This document shows positions 12,311 to 25,859 of a stretch of 64,000 bases of DNA, piece after piece. The DNA is from Mobula hypostoma (taxonomy: Eukaryota). Where the stretch lies: positions 40,674,001-40,738,000 of the forward strand of contig NC_086097.1 in assembly GCF_963921235.1 (NCBI RefSeq), read 5' to 3'. A model generated the notes under the pieces. The model had not been told where the DNA came from. It made no database searches and saw only the letters and a program-made list of their open reading frames with translations. Made by a program: the position numbers and the translations under genes. Numbering within the stretch: position 1 is the stretch's first letter; each line of letters starts with the position of its first letter.

Positions 12311-12970
12311 AGATTATGAGGACACTCAGTCCTCGTTTATTGTCATTTAGAAATGCATGTATTAAAAAATGATACGATGTTCCTCTGGTATGATATCACA
12401 GAAACACAAGACAGACCAAGACTAAAACTGACAAAAACCACATAATTATAACATATAGTTACAACAGTGCAAAGCAATACTGTAATTTGATAAGATCAGA
12501 CCATGGGCACAGAAAAAAAAAAGTCTCAAAGTCCCGATAACCCCCAACATCTCACGCAGATGGTAGAAGGAAGAAACTCTCCCTGCCATGAGCTTCCAGC
12601 GTCGCAAACTTGCCGATGCAGAATCCTGGAAGCACCCGACCACAGTCCGACTCTGAGTCCGTCCGAAAACTCCGAGCCTGCAACACCGAGTGCCGAGCAC
12701 CATCTCTGCTGAGCACTTCGACCCCAGCCCCGGCAGCCAAGCAACAGGCAAAGCTGAGGATTCGGGGCCTTCCCCTCCAGAGATTTTGGATCACACAGCA
12801 GCAGCGGCAGCGAAGCAGGCATTTCAGAAGTTTCACCAGATGTTCCTCCATGCTTTCATGTCTGTATCCATCAAATCAGAATTGTGCACAGCGTCCTACT
12901 TGACAGATTACAGATATTCATCACCGGAGAGGCCGTGCGTGCTGCATCGAGTCATCATCTTCTCTCCTCC
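12311..12970 (-). mobile_element. Non-autonomous SINE-like retroelement, copy 2
   Basis: Homologous to 540-1165. Flanked by a near-direct repeat GAAAGGATGAT / GAAAGGAATGAT, a probable TSD. Confidence 0.75.
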
Positions 12971-14989
12971 CAAATGGAAAGGAATGATGTTCTTTGACAT
13001 TTATAGTTCCACACTGCGGAGATGTCCTTGTCTGATAATGTCTCTTTATAAAGGTTTTGATTTTCCAATAAAATTAATTGAATTGTAAAATCTTTTCTGA
13101 AGATCCTTATTTCAAAGAAAAGAAGTTACTGATGGCATTGCACAGACTTTCAAAAACGGCACCCTTTGTTAATGAGTGGGTTAAATGGCACAGATATTAT
13201 CAATCTGGCAAGCAATTCTGGAGCAATGGGAGCAGTTTGGCAGAGAAAGGTTGTAGGGTGGGGGGATGCCAGATTAAACAGGGGTGTTGCCTGTTCACGA
13301 GGAATCTTCTAAATTTATATATAACCCTCTGACAACCGTCTTGGATATTCTAAATGAGCTGCTAGTCATCCTCGACAAAAGCCATAGCCAGGCGACCACT
13401 GGTAGTGGCTAAACTTGGTCACTAGGTTGATAGCTGTGAGCCTGGATCATCAATTAAATCAGCCTCATTATAATATTTAAATGAGAAACTACCTCCCATT
13501 TTCTCCAACCCACTCCCAATAAAACAAAACATGGCTGCAAGGAGGTAGGTTTGCTATAATTGTAGCTATTGCATATCACCCTATGCTTTTCAGTAAACTT
13601 GCAAATATTGTGATAACGTACTCAGTGGGAAACTTTCCCAGACTGAGAAAGTAATTAATGTACAGTGAGATTTTCTTAAGGTCATAAATCATAGTAAGAC
13701 AAGTTCAGGCCTGGGGTATATCATTTCATTGCTAACAACCATTTTAGCCTTTCCATTTCTCTTTTCCCATTAATTATACATTACAAAAGTCAATGAGGTG
13801 AGAAATGATGAACCCTGGAAATGGAAGTCTGAACAACAGTAACAACTTGCATTCCTAAGTCAGTACATCTCAAGCTTTGAGAAAATCAAACAAAGCTTTT
13901 AGTGAATAACACAAGGGCAATTGACGAAGGAGTGACAGAGGCACTGGGTCATTGGAGAGGTAAAAGCGACTAGCTGTAATATTAAGTCTTAGAAGAATGT
14001 TATAGAGATGTACAAAGGGGGAGGATGCTGGCATGGGAGGTTTAAGAGCCAAGAGGCTTTAGCGGCAGAGGTACAGTGAAGAAACCAATAACTAAAGGCT
14101 ATGAGAGGGTTTGCTGAACTACAAGGGGAGAATGGGTCATGAGATGGAGAGAGGTTATAAAAGGGAACACAAAATTAAGTGTTTTAAGGGGCAAAGGAAA
14201 ATAACTGAGAAGAGCCAGCAAATTTACTGTAGCATAATTGAGACCCAGACAAGCATTAATTTGCATTTGATTTTGGAAGTTCCATAGGTCCCCATCATGG
14301 CCTGTGTCCACCAGGCAGGTTGGAAGTTTTTTCCTGCCCAAGTTCAAGTAGGCTTCATAGCAAGTGCGTGCAAGGGGGCAGGTAGCTTTTTCCTTGGCCC
14401 CCCATTAGTATTGGGGCTGAAGTTCCCGCCACAGTCCAGACAACAGATACAGCAACCAGACTGTCAGATGTGATAGCTAAGCTTTAATAGGAAATATTTT
14501 CCAGTGATTTTTTTTTGAGTTGCTCTGAAAACGCTTGAAAGGTTGGTGATATTACTTTAACCATAGAAGATATACAATGATAATTGAAATGCACTTAAGC
14601 AGGTTATACCCAATGCTATCAAACTGAATCCTCAATCAAGTGAACTTTATTTTAAATAGCCACTTCTTGGATGTTTAACAGAATAAATGATTCATTCAGA
14701 ACAAATCCATTCTCCAGGATGAAACCAAGATTGACAAAAGCTACTAAAGGAAGCACTTTAAATTGCCTTTTAAAATGCACTTCAATGAAGCAATTTATAT
14801 TGTTTACTTTTTAACTTGTGATATAAATGTACCTTATTATTGGTTAATTTATTAGTGGTAATATTACTTTGTGTTGTGTATGTGTTAGACATACTGCGTT
14901 GTGCACCTTGGTCTAGATGAGGAATGTTGTTTCATTTGGCGGTATTCATGTATACTGTTGAAATGACAATAAAGTTGGACTTAAACTTG

Positions 14990-17130
14990 AATTTGAATTG
15001 ACCTTATTACGTACATCCTTCACATACATGAGTAAAAATCTTAACGTCTCCATCTAAATATGCAATCTGCAATTTATCGTAATTTGTAATAAATAGTATG
15101 TACAACAGGACAGTCAGTATAAATAGAAATACAATTGTATCAGCATGAATTAATCAGTCTGATGGCCTAGTGGAAGAAGCTGTCCCAAAGCCTGTTGGTC
15201 CTGACGTTTCCTGGATGGTAGCAGCTGGAACAATTTGTGGTTGGTGTGGTTTGAGTCCTCACTGATCCTTTGGGCTCTTTTTACAAACCCATCTTTGTAA
15301 ATGTCCTGAATAGTGAGAAGTTCACATCTGCAGATGCGCTGGGCTGTCCGCACCACTCTCTGCAGAGTCCTGTGATTGAGGGAAGTACAGTTCCCATACC
15401 AGGCAGTGATGCAGCCAGTCAGGATGCCCTCAATTGTACCCCCGTAGAAAGTTCTTGGGGGCCCACACCAATCTTCTTCAACCGTTTGAGGTGAAAGAGA
15501 CGCTGTTGTGCTTTTTTCACCACACAGCCGGTATGTACAGACCACGTGAGATCCTTGGTGATGTGTATGCTGAGGAACTTTAGGCTGTTCACCCTCTCAA
15601 CCCCAGATCCATTGATGTCGATAGGGGTTAGCCAGTCTCCATTCCTCCTGTAGTCCAGAATCAGCTCCTTCATTTTTGCAACATTGAGGGAGAGGTTGTT
15701 TTCTTGACACCAATGTGTCAGGGTGACTTCCTCTCTGTAGGCTGCCGCATTATTGTTTGAGATTAGGCCAATCAATGTAGTATCGTCAGTAAATTTAATT
15801 AGAAAATTGGAGCTGTGGGTGGTGACACAGTCATGGGTATACAGAAAGTAAACGGGGGGTGGGGGCTTAGGACACAGCCCTGAGGGGGTGCCTGTGTTGA
15901 GGGTCAGTGGGGTGGAGGTGAGGAAGCCCACTCTTACCACCTGCTGGCGATCTGACAGGAAGTCCAGGATCCAGCTAAACAAGGCAGGGTGAAGGCCAAG
16001 GTCTCTGAGCTTCCTGTCAAGCCTGGATGGAACTATGATGTTGAATGCTGAACTGTAGTCCAAGAACAGCATTTTCATATAACCGTCCTTCTTCTCCAGA
16101 TGTATGAGGACAGTGTGTAGACCAGTGGCTATTGCGTCATCTGTCGATTGGTTGTGTCAGTAGGTGAATTGTAGGGGTCCAGTGTGGGTGGTAGCAAGCT
16201 GTCGATGTAGTCCTTGATGAGCCTCTCAAAGCATTTGCTTATTATTGAGGTGAGTGTGACAGGACGCCTGTTGTTCAGACATGTTACCTTGGTCATTTTA
16301 GGTACAGGAACAATGGTGGATGTTTTGAAGCAGGAGGGCACTCTACACTGGGAGTGGGAGAGATTAAAAATATCTGTAAACATACCTGCCAGTTGTGCCG
16401 TACAAATCCTGAGTACCTGACCTGGGATGCTGTCAGGTCCTGCAGCCTTGTGACTGTCCACCTGTTGGAAAGACCTGCGTATTTCAGCCTCAGAGATATC
16501 CAAGGTGCAGATCTCTTCAACAGCTCTCCTTAGGGGCTCAGTGTTGGCATCAGTGAATTGAGTGTAAAAAAGATTTAGCTCATCTGGCTGAGAGGCAGCA
16601 ACATTGGAAATACCACTGCGTTTAGCTTTGAAGTCTGTGATGGTGTGCAGACCTTGCCATAAGCTGCATGTGTTGTTAGTCAAGAGCTGTGTCTCTGTTT
16701 GTCGTTTCACTGCCTTGATGAGTCTCTGCAGATCGTAGTTGCATTTCCTGAGTCCCGTTTGTCACTGGCAACGTAAGCTCTGTGTTGCGCGATCACTGCT
16801 GATGGCATGGGACTGTTGATCCAGGATTTCTGGTTTGGGTAGACCCAGACCGATTTCTGGGGGACAACATCCTTGATGCACTTCTGGATGAAACTTGTGA
16901 CTCCTTCTGTGAACTCGGAGATATCCTCATCATGAAAGGCATTCCCAGTGACGTCATCAAAGCACTCTGTAGCATGGAGATCGACTGGTTGAACCAACAG
17001 TGGACGGTTTTAACTATGGCCACCTGTTGTTTCAGCTCCTCAGCTGCAGCAAGATGGAGGAGTGATCCGACTTTCCAAATGGAGGGTGGAGGAGCGCTTT
17101 GTAAGCGTTGCAGAATGCCCTGAACCAAAC
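14990..17130 (-). mobile_element. Rex1/Babar LINE, 5'-truncated, frameshifted RT
   Basis: ORFs 16129..16710 (KAAGPDSIPGQVLR..AQLAGMFTDIFNLS..VPSCFKTSTIVPVPK), 15419..16078 (MLFLDYSSAFN, KFTDDTT, KKAQQRLF) and 15150..15545. A (TTGAA)n tail lies near 14990. Confidence 0.92.
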
Positions 17131-17740
17131 GTTTGTATTTAACTTGTATAGCACTGATGTGAATTGACTTATAATGAAACTATCCATTTAAGTATCTCAG
17201 AACCACTAAATGTTCCTTAATTGGGCAATGGTTGGACTATAATGTTCTCAAAAGAGGAGAAACCGGAGAGATTTTATTTACTGCCACTTTTGCTATTTAT
17301 TTTGCTGGGAGATCGACTTCCATGCATGGTTTGAGCTATGAAAGAGGTAACTTCTAAGTAATGTTCACCTGCTTCCTAAACTTAATTTAGCATTGTTATT
17401 CAACACCGGTCTAGCTTTTTATTTTAATTGTAGTGTAAGGGAAAATCCTTAAATGCCTATTACAATTGAAAGCAATAATATTGCTTAGCAAGAGGACAAC
17501 GTCTGTCAATTAATGCTGATTGCATTGCAGTCTTCACTGGGACAGTCAACAGGATAACTGACAACTTTTTATTAATCAGTGATCAACTCATAATGCAAAG
17601 AATGGAAATGTTTGCAGTACTGCAGGTTGAGTGAGATACGAGTCTGTGAGTATGTATGTGAATAATCAGCGTGGATTGACTACAAATTTCAGACTTCACC
17701 TTTACTGTATGTAACACAAAGGTTAGTGAAATGCTTTAAA

Positions 17741-17975
17741 GGATTCTTGCTGCTGTCTGTAAGAAGTTTGTAAGTTCTCCATGATCACTTGGATTTCCTC
17801 CAGGTATTGCAATTTCCTCCCACAGTCCAAAGACATATGGGTTAGGATTAGTGAGTTGTGGGCATCTTCTATCAATGTGGGAAGCATGGTGCACAGCACA
17901 AATCATCACTGATTTGATTTGATGCAAAATGATGCATTTTATCGTATGTACATGTGACAATAAATCTAATCTTTA
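17741..17975 (+). mobile_element. V-SINE / HE1-like SINE fragment
   Basis: GTTTGTAAGTTCTCC...TTTCCTCCAGGT...TTTCCTCCCACAGTCCAAAGAC matches the V-SINE central domain as recalled. Ends in AATAAATCTAATCT. Confidence 0.7.
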
Positions 17976-18699
17976 ATAAAGTTAACCTTTATTTAGGACT
18001 GGATTCAGTAACTGTATTCCAGGTAAATATGCAATTATAACACTGAGGGAACCAAGCAGCCAAATGTTCCAGTACTGACTGCTCCAACGTTTAATAACCA
18101 TTTACGCATTAAAACAATAAATGAGCAGTCTAAAGACTAACACACTCTGGTGTCAAGCGATGTATTTTCATATGACCCCAGTGAATGTACAGAAGCTTCC
18201 TCGTGCACGTGTGCTTGTGAGGATTCACACCAACCTATCTACTCCAAGTCCACAGTTAGGAGCCACGTGACTTGATAACAAGAAATCAAATGACTGTAAG
18301 TGACATTTCAGCTTGTTTAGAAAACACAATCTGACAGCAGAGTTCCAGTTTTACAGAAGATTATAGGTTGAAGTTACTTTTTGAAGGTAGTAGTACAAGA
18401 TAAACGTAGCTCTATATTGCCATCCCGACAGATTTTTTATTTCTGTTTCAAAGGTGAAAATGAGGGGAAAAAAAACCTTGCATTTTCCAGGGTTAAAACA
18501 TTAGACTTTATAATTGAATCTGTCTTGAGGAGGATGATTTGCATCCAGCACTAGAGATGTAGGGGATTAGAGGATCATTGAGTAACCCAACATAGAAGCA
18601 AGGTGTTTATATTGTCTTTTGAGAAAAAAATCCAAAGTAGATTCTGCAAACTAATGAGTGGACAATGAACTAGGCATCCTATTTACACAAAAGCACACG

Positions 18700-19430
18700 A
18701 AAATAGGAGCAGAATAAGGCAACTTGGCCCCTCAAGCCTACCCTGCCGTTCAATATTACAGCTGATCCAAGCTGCTCTCAGCTCTGCTTCTGTGCCAGTT
18801 CCCCACAAGACTAATTCCTTAATCTTTCAAATATTTATTTATCTCTATCTTAAATTTATCTGAATATCGGCTTCCTCCACCCTTAGAGGTACAGAACTCC
18901 AGGTATTCACTTCCCACAGAGAGGAAATCTCCATGCATTTCTGTTTTACATGTCTGACTCCGTGTTTTGTGGTTCTGTCCCTTTGTGAATCCCAAAAGGT
19001 CTCAGCATTTACTCTGTCAAACCCTCTTTATGATTTTGTATGTTTGAATAAAGTCTGCCAAACTTCTGTAAGCTCTGATGTATATACACTTATCAAGCCT
19101 CTCATGATAGGATAATCCTCTCATCCCAGGAATTAACCTGATGAATTTGTCATATTCTTAGACAAGATGAATGGTACATTGGATTCCAGGTGTCGCCTTG
19201 CCAATATTCTGTATAGCTGTAGGAAACCTATTCTTAAACTCCAGTCCCTTTGTAATGAAGGCCAAAAATGTGATTTCCTTAACTACTCATTGGCCCAGCA
19301 TGATAATTTGTCATTCATACACAAGAACACCTAGATCCCTCTAAACATCTCTCATTTGCAACCTCACTCCATTTAGATGATAATCCACCTTTAATTCCTT
19401 TTTACCTCAAACTTCCCACGTTAAACCCTA
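18700..19430 (-). mobile_element. Old CR1 LINE 3' fragment
   Basis: Starts with AAATAGGAGCAGAATAAGGCAACTTGGCCC, homologous to other CR1 3' ends in the window. A degraded RT C-terminus follows. Confidence 0.6.
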
Positions 19431-20204
19431 ATTGTCAGGTTTCAAAGATGCAAGGTAAATTTATTAACTAAGAATGTATAAATTATAAACCTTGAGATTT
19501 GTCTGCTTACAGGCAGCCACAAAAGCATGAAATCCGAAGAACCCAATTTTTAAGAAAAGGAAGACCAGAACCGCAGGGCAGAGAAAGAGGAAAAAACAAC
19601 AGAAGCAGGCAACAGCATTCCGAACCAGATTGAGTTCTTAGGTCTAGGTATCACCCATCAGACATTAGAAGAAATTTTCTACTTTTTTTATTTTGCTTTA
19701 TTAATTTTGCATGCCTTGTCTTACCTCACTGACGAGTGATAGTAAACAGTAATTAGTTACCAGTTATTGTTTGACTAATGTAGAAACACCAACTTTTTTT
19801 AATCATGTTGTTTAATGGCCTGGAATAAACTGCCATACAGATAACATGGAGATACTCACATTCCTAAGGTGCCAAAAATGCATGTTGGGTTTATGTTGGG
19901 ACATGGGTAGAAGGAACATTATTTGAGGCAGCCGTGTGGACAAAGTGCTAAAATGTATCCACATTGATTTCCAGAGGGAAACATCTGGCAATGTGCAGTG
20001 CTGTTCAAACAGGAGGCATGCACTGTTCGTCAAGAAGTTGTCAATTATCTTGGTAGCAGTCCAGTAATGGCTGCAATTTAATCACCATTACCTATTCCCC
20101 AGCCTTGGATAATAAGAAAACGGTGATTATGGGATTAGTGAAGGAAAGTGGCACTGAGGTTTAAAAAAAAATCAGCCATTAAGACAAAAGAGATGGAGGT
20201 ACTG

Positions 20205-20390
20205 AAATCCGGAGCAAACTGCAAACTGTGTGGAGGATCTCAGCAGGTCAAGCAACATTTCCTGAAATAAAGGGATAGTCAATGTTTCAGGTTGAGACCC
20301 TCCATGAGGATCAAAACATTGATTATCTCTTTTCCTCCGCACTTGCTCTTCGACCTGCTGAGTTTCTCCACCAGATTTTCTTTTGCCTTA
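20205..20390. repeat. Palindromic (inverted) Penelope pLTR remnant
   Basis: TGGAGGATCTCAGCAGGTCAAGCAA is mirrored by TTGCTCTTCGACCTGCTGAGTTTCTCCA. The centre holds a degenerate hammerhead segment (AGTCAATGTTTCAGGTTGAGACCC). Confidence 0.6.
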
Positions 20391-21535
20391 AACATTAGCC
20401 ATTATCATACTGGATGACAGGGCAGTTATTGTGATTATCTAAATGGCCAGCTCCTGTTTCCGTCATGTTCTGATGCTGTACCTTGCAGAAATTGAGGTCT
20501 TTTTGTTTTGCTGGCTTATTCAGTGCCCACTTCTTGGAGCAGAAACATTATCAACATTGTTAGCAGCCTTGAAGCAACTGTGTCCTCTTGTTTTGCAATG
20601 ACTCAATATTCTGAAAAGCCCTTGCAGGAGACTCCAGCCTGCATGTTGCCCACCACTGGGAGTATGCTACTTGCTGCATTATCCCAATTGCAGGCTATTC
20701 CCCATCTTATCAGCATGGACACAGCATGCGGGAACTTTATTATATCAATCAAACAGCCCTTGATTGACTTTAACATCCATCATCCTACCTAACTTCTCCC
20801 ACTTAATCTCCCCCAACCCACTTTCTCCTTTGCTAGATAAGCTGTTTCCCACAGTCACGACTGCTAGACTGTGATTCTCAGGAAGTGACCAGAATGTAGA
20901 ATGAGGTGTCTCACCATCCTGGCCTGACAATGAAGGTTATCCAGTGTTGGTGCCAGGCAACACATCGCTGTTCCTTCTGGCTTTAAATTATAATAATAAA
21001 AAAAAGCTATTTTCAGTTACCTCTGTGGCGGGCTAAGGACAGCCAAACTGTGATTACTTTCAGTAGCTGTGTGGGTGCCTGTGCACTCTTGTACTTCAGG
21101 AAAGCTGTTGTCAAGTTTAATTGATCAGTCTCATTATAAGACCGTAAGACCACAAGACATTATTGTTGATCTTGGGTAAAGAAAACTTAGTCTTGGCCTT
21201 CCTCCAGAAAGCATTAGTCAGCTGCTTGAGGTACCAGCTGAGGGAACATTGGCTTCTGCTTTTCTTATATTGTCTGCTAATTGGGAAGGAGCCTGGGACA
21301 GAGGAATAGAAAGAATGTGAACATTCTGACAGACTGGCTGCTCTTGGAGCTTTGTTTGCATTCTTTCTGAAGCACACAGGTGTCATTCTATTTACATCTC
21401 AAACTGTTGAGGTAACCACCATGTTAATACGGAAAGCATCGAGTAGCAGCAGCTCAAAATCAGGTTTAATATCACTGGCATATGTTGTGAAATTTGTTTT
21501 GTGGCAGCAGGGACATAACTTAATAAAAAATGCAA

Positions 21536-24500
21536 CCATCATCATCATCATCATTATCATCAGGTGACGTGCCCAGTTTGAGCTTTGACTGCCATGGCCC
21601 ACACACCCCTGTTTCGGGTCAAGTGGATCAATTCATTGGTATTCATTTCCAGTTCTCTGGTCGCTGTCTCCATCATCATTTGTCTTTGCCTTCCTTTTGC
21701 TTTCTTCCCTTCAATCCTTCCCATAATTACCGTGCATTCTAACTCCTCTTTCCTAATCACATGTACAATGAAGTTACATTGCCTTTTCATGATCTGATAC
21801 ATTATTTCTCTTTTTGTGCTTGCTCTGTTCATGACATCCTCGTTAGATATTTGTTTCGACCATGATATTCTTTGCATCCTCCTCAAAAACCACATTTCTG
21901 CTACTACAATTCGTTTCCTCATGTTACTAGATATTGTCCAACATTCTGAGCCATATAACATAACTGGATAAACGTAATACTTCAGTACTCTGAGGCGGGT
22001 TGTCATGCCTAGTTTAGTGTTGGTCAGTATATTCTTCATTCTCCTAAAGGTGTCTTTTGCCATCCCTATTCTTCTTTTGATATCCAAGTCGCACCTGCCA
22101 TCTGATGTCACCCAGCTTTCTAAGTAGCAAAAGTCTGTACCTGTACTTGCTTTATGTCTTCCCCGTTTATTTTCAGTCTACAGATAGGATTCTCTTTCTT
22201 CTTGGATATCAACATGCATTCTGTCTTTTTGTGATTGATAGACTCATTTTTGCACTTTCTTCAACAACTATATCAATTATGTTTTGTAGTTCTTCCTCCG
22301 TACTTGCAATTAACGCAGTGTCATCTGCATATCTGAAATTATTGATGTTTTCATCGCCAACTTTGATTCCCAAGATGTTTCTTATTTTTTGTAATATTGT
22401 TTCACTGTACACATTAAACAAATCAGGGGAGAAGACACACTTGCCTAATGCCTCTCTTGATTTTTGTAAACGGACTCACTTCTCCACCTATTCTTACAGC
22501 AGCAGTTTGTTCCCAGTACAGATTTCTGATTAGGCGGAGGTCTTTCAAATCTAGATCTCAAGTTTCCTGCAATATTTCAAATAACTTACTGTGCTTCACT
22601 TTATCAAATGCTTTTGTGTAGTCGATAAAGCAAACAAATCTTTTTGCACTTGAATAGCTCGTTCTGATAGTATCCTTAACATCAATATCGTATTTCTTGT
22701 ACCTTTGTCTTTCCAAAACCACATTGTTCTTTACCTATTTCAGCTTGTATCTTACTTTTAGCTCTTGTCATCAAAATTCTTAGAAGTATCTTAGAACATG
22801 ACTCATTAAACTTATGGTCCTATGTAATTCAAATTCTATTGCTCCAGGTTTCTTATGAAGAGTGATAAATACTGATTTTTTTCATCGCTTCTGGTATTAT
22901 TCCAGTCTCATAAATGTCATTGATTAAATCAGTAAGTTTTTCAATTTCATAATCTTCAAGGGTGATAATTTGTTCTATTACTAATTCATCAGGACCTGCT
23001 GCCTTTCCTTTCTTCATCTTATTTATTGCATTACGAACTTCAGATTTTGAAATACCTAGACCTTCAATGTTCTTCTTAATTTCTGGTTTTTCACCTCGAT
23101 CATCTTCAAGCATTTCCTGAATATACTCAGTCCATCTGTTCATAATCTGATCTTTTTCCATGATAATGGTACCGTCCTTTGCTTTCAAACATCCACCTGA
23201 AGAACAGAGGAGCTTTTTACCAGTAATATTCTTGATTTGTTGATGTACCCTTTTTGGATCAGTAATAGGGATTCTTTCTATTTGCTCACATTCCTGGTTT
23301 AACCATTCTTCTTTGGCTTTTTGACATAAGTTTTTAACTTTTTTATCTACGGACTTATATTCTATAGGATTTGCTTTCTTCCATCTTCTTTCTTCCATTA
23401 GATTTTTGATTTCTTCTGTCATCTATTTATTCTCTATGCTGTTTTCTTTTTTAGGAATCACTAACTTTGCTGATTCTACCAAGGTATCTTCAGAGAGTTA
23501 AACTTCATTTCTACTTGATTGCTTTATTCTTCAACAGATTCTATTTCTAGACTTTGAAATCAATTCCTTACTTCAATTGTAAATTTTTGTCTTAAGTTTT
23601 CTTCTTTAATTAATTGCGAGTAGTCGAGAGTTTGTTCAGGTCTTTGCTTTAGTTTTTTAAGTTTTACTTTTACATGACATATTACTGGGTTATGGTCACT
23701 ATTACAGTCTGCACCTGGATATATTTTGCATTGGGTCACTGAGTTTCTAAATCTTTGGTTTATAGTAATAAAGCCAATTTGATTTCTGGTGTTATCACGC
23801 GGACTTTTCCAGGTCCACAAGTGTCTTGGATGGTTTTTAAAGTAGGTATTCATAATGGCTTGATAATTCATCTTACACCATTCTACCTATTCCTCACCCC
23901 CTTTCATTTCTTTCCCCAGTCCAAATTTTCCTATGGTATTTCCATCAGCACCTTGTCCTACTTTAACATTTAGATCTCCCATGACAATAACATTATTTTG
24001 AGATTTGCATCCATTCTTTGCTGTTCAAGCTCTTCATAGAATTTATCTATATCCTCATTTGTTCCATCTGTTGTAGGTGCATATGCCATATAATTGCTAA
24101 ATCAAATGGTTGTCCTCTGAATCTAACAAGGAGCACTGTTTCTGATATTGCCCAATGTCCTAAAACACTTTTTGCCATGTTTTCATCCATAAGAATTCCT
24201 ACTCCACTAGAATGGAATGTTCCATAAGAATAAACTAGTGTTTTATTTCTATTCTGACATGTTCCAGCACCTGTCCAATGAACTTCTCTAATTCCCATGA
24301 TGTTAATTTTAGACTTTCCATTTCATTTATCACATTGTCCAATCTTCCTGCTTGATATAGTGTTCTTACATTCCAAGTGGCAATAATTTTCTTTTGTGTT
24401 ACTTGAATTTTATGAGCAGTAGCTTGATGACGGTTGGGGATCCCCTGCTGCCCAGAATCAACCCTACTGAGCGAAGCATCTTCAGAATTGTCTTGAAGAT

Positions 24501-24918
24501 CCTCTTGTCGCTGTTGTTGTGCGATACTTTTTGTGAGTTTGACCATGGTTTTCTTAGCAAATAGATTCTAGGAAACCTAGTATCTAGCAACCGTTGTTTG
24601 CTATTGCCTTCCATTGGGTGAACTGAAGAAATCGCCATTTCTCTTCCCAAATGTTCATCCGCCTGTACTATAGCCGTTATCATTTGAGGTCCTAGCTCAT
24701 CCACCTTCTCCGTCATATGTTCAGTTACTGAACCTGCCAGATCTGTTGTTGGCCTTTGCTTGTATCCTGAGCAGGAACCTTTACAGGAGCTGCCGTTCCA
24801 GGTCAGAGCAGCCCTGGGAGCAATGAATGACTAAGGGGTAACTCCACTTTGCCCAACACTCTGAAAGTTCCCAGTCAGAGCCTCATCACCGGTTGCAGTT
24901 TAGAGTCTTACCCAGGAC
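21536..24918 (-). mobile_element. Full-length RTE-clade LINE (APE endonuclease + RT), multiply frameshifted
   Basis: Endonuclease motifs IATWNVRTL, MGIREVHW.G.G, NTYFKNHPRHLWTWKSP and PGADCNSDH. RT motifs KAAGPD, FNVYSE, NFRYADD, RIGMAK and VMLYGSECW. A (GAT)n tail lies at 21537-21561. TSD AAAATGCAA at 21527-21535 and 24925-24933. Confidence 0.95.
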
Positions 24919-25249
24919 TAAAAGAAAATGCAATACATAATAAAAAAATATGAACCTATAAATTACAATAATATATGAGGTAAATTAAATAAGTCGTGCA
25001 AATAGTGAGCAAAAAATATAGTGAGGTACAGTTCATGGGTTCATTGTCTATTCAGAAATCTGATGGCAGAGGTGAAGAAACTGTTCCTTAATCATTGACC
25101 GTGTGTCCTCTGGCTCCTGTACCCCCTCTTTGATGGCAGCAATTTTGAAAAGGGCATGTCTCGGGTGATGGGAGTCTTTCATAACGGATGCTGCCTTTTT
25201 CAGGCATCACCTTTTGAAGATATCTTCGAGGCTGGGAACGCTGGTGACC

Positions 25250-25643
25250 ATAAACTACATGTTGTGGCAACGCAGAACGCAACAGCTGTGATTGGTCCAC
25301 TTGGTAGCATCGTATTTCCTCCTACACTGCAGTAGCTTCCCATTGGGCGACTGAAGGGCAGGGAAGGAACTCTGGCTGCAATGCTTTCCACAGAGCTTTA
25401 CAGACCTCCGAAATTATGGACACATTTCGCTTTTACGAAAAAAGACGCTCGCTTTAACCCTTACCCCGAGAAAGACTACCATGAGCATGAAGCCTTGCAT
25501 GGACAAGTGTGTGCGCACGTGCGACATGCCCGAATTGCAGAGTGATGCAGACACACTGATGCACAAGTATAAATGTTCACAACGCGCGTCGGCCACTTCC
25601 GTAGGTTATGGCGTCGAGTTGACGCACAAGTATAAATCAGCCT
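25250..25643. mobile_element. PIF/Harbinger-like non-autonomous DNA element, only one terminus preserved
   Basis: CpG-rich insert ending in CACAAGTATAAATCAGCCT followed by TAA. An internal repeat GCACAAGTATAAAT lies at 25561. No matching left terminal inverted repeat (TIR) was seen. Confidence 0.5.
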
Positions 25644-25859
25644 TAAGTTTGCAACTTCCTGCAGCTTTTTTCAATCCCGTGCAGTGGCCCCTCCATTCCA
25701 GACGGTGATGCAACTGGTTTGAATGTCCCCCATGGTATAACTGCAAGAGTCTTTGATGACATACATAATCTTCTCAAATTCCTAATGAAATAAAGTAGCC
25801 ACGGTCATGCCTTCTTTGTAATTGAAATTCATAAAAATGGTGGTACACTGGGACACAGC

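Larger units (their letters stand above)
21455..25820 (-). mobile_element. Rex1-like LINE 3' fragment (pieces 21455-21535, 24925-25250, 25647-25820) interrupted by the RTE and a MITE
   Basis: The TCAAAATCAGGTTTAATATCACTGGC tail piece continues after the RTE TSD into a Rex-type 3' region (KAASVMKD.HHP on the minus strand). Confidence 0.6.

Noticed and set aside
12446..13088. Cluster of overlapping ORFs on both strands (also 767-1104)
   Set aside because: They fall in a GC-rich dispersed repeat, and the frames are not preserved between the two copies.
20488..20660. Possible + strand exon or ORF 20508..20792
   Set aside because: The donor is weak (GA|GTATGC) and the peptide is unrecognisable.
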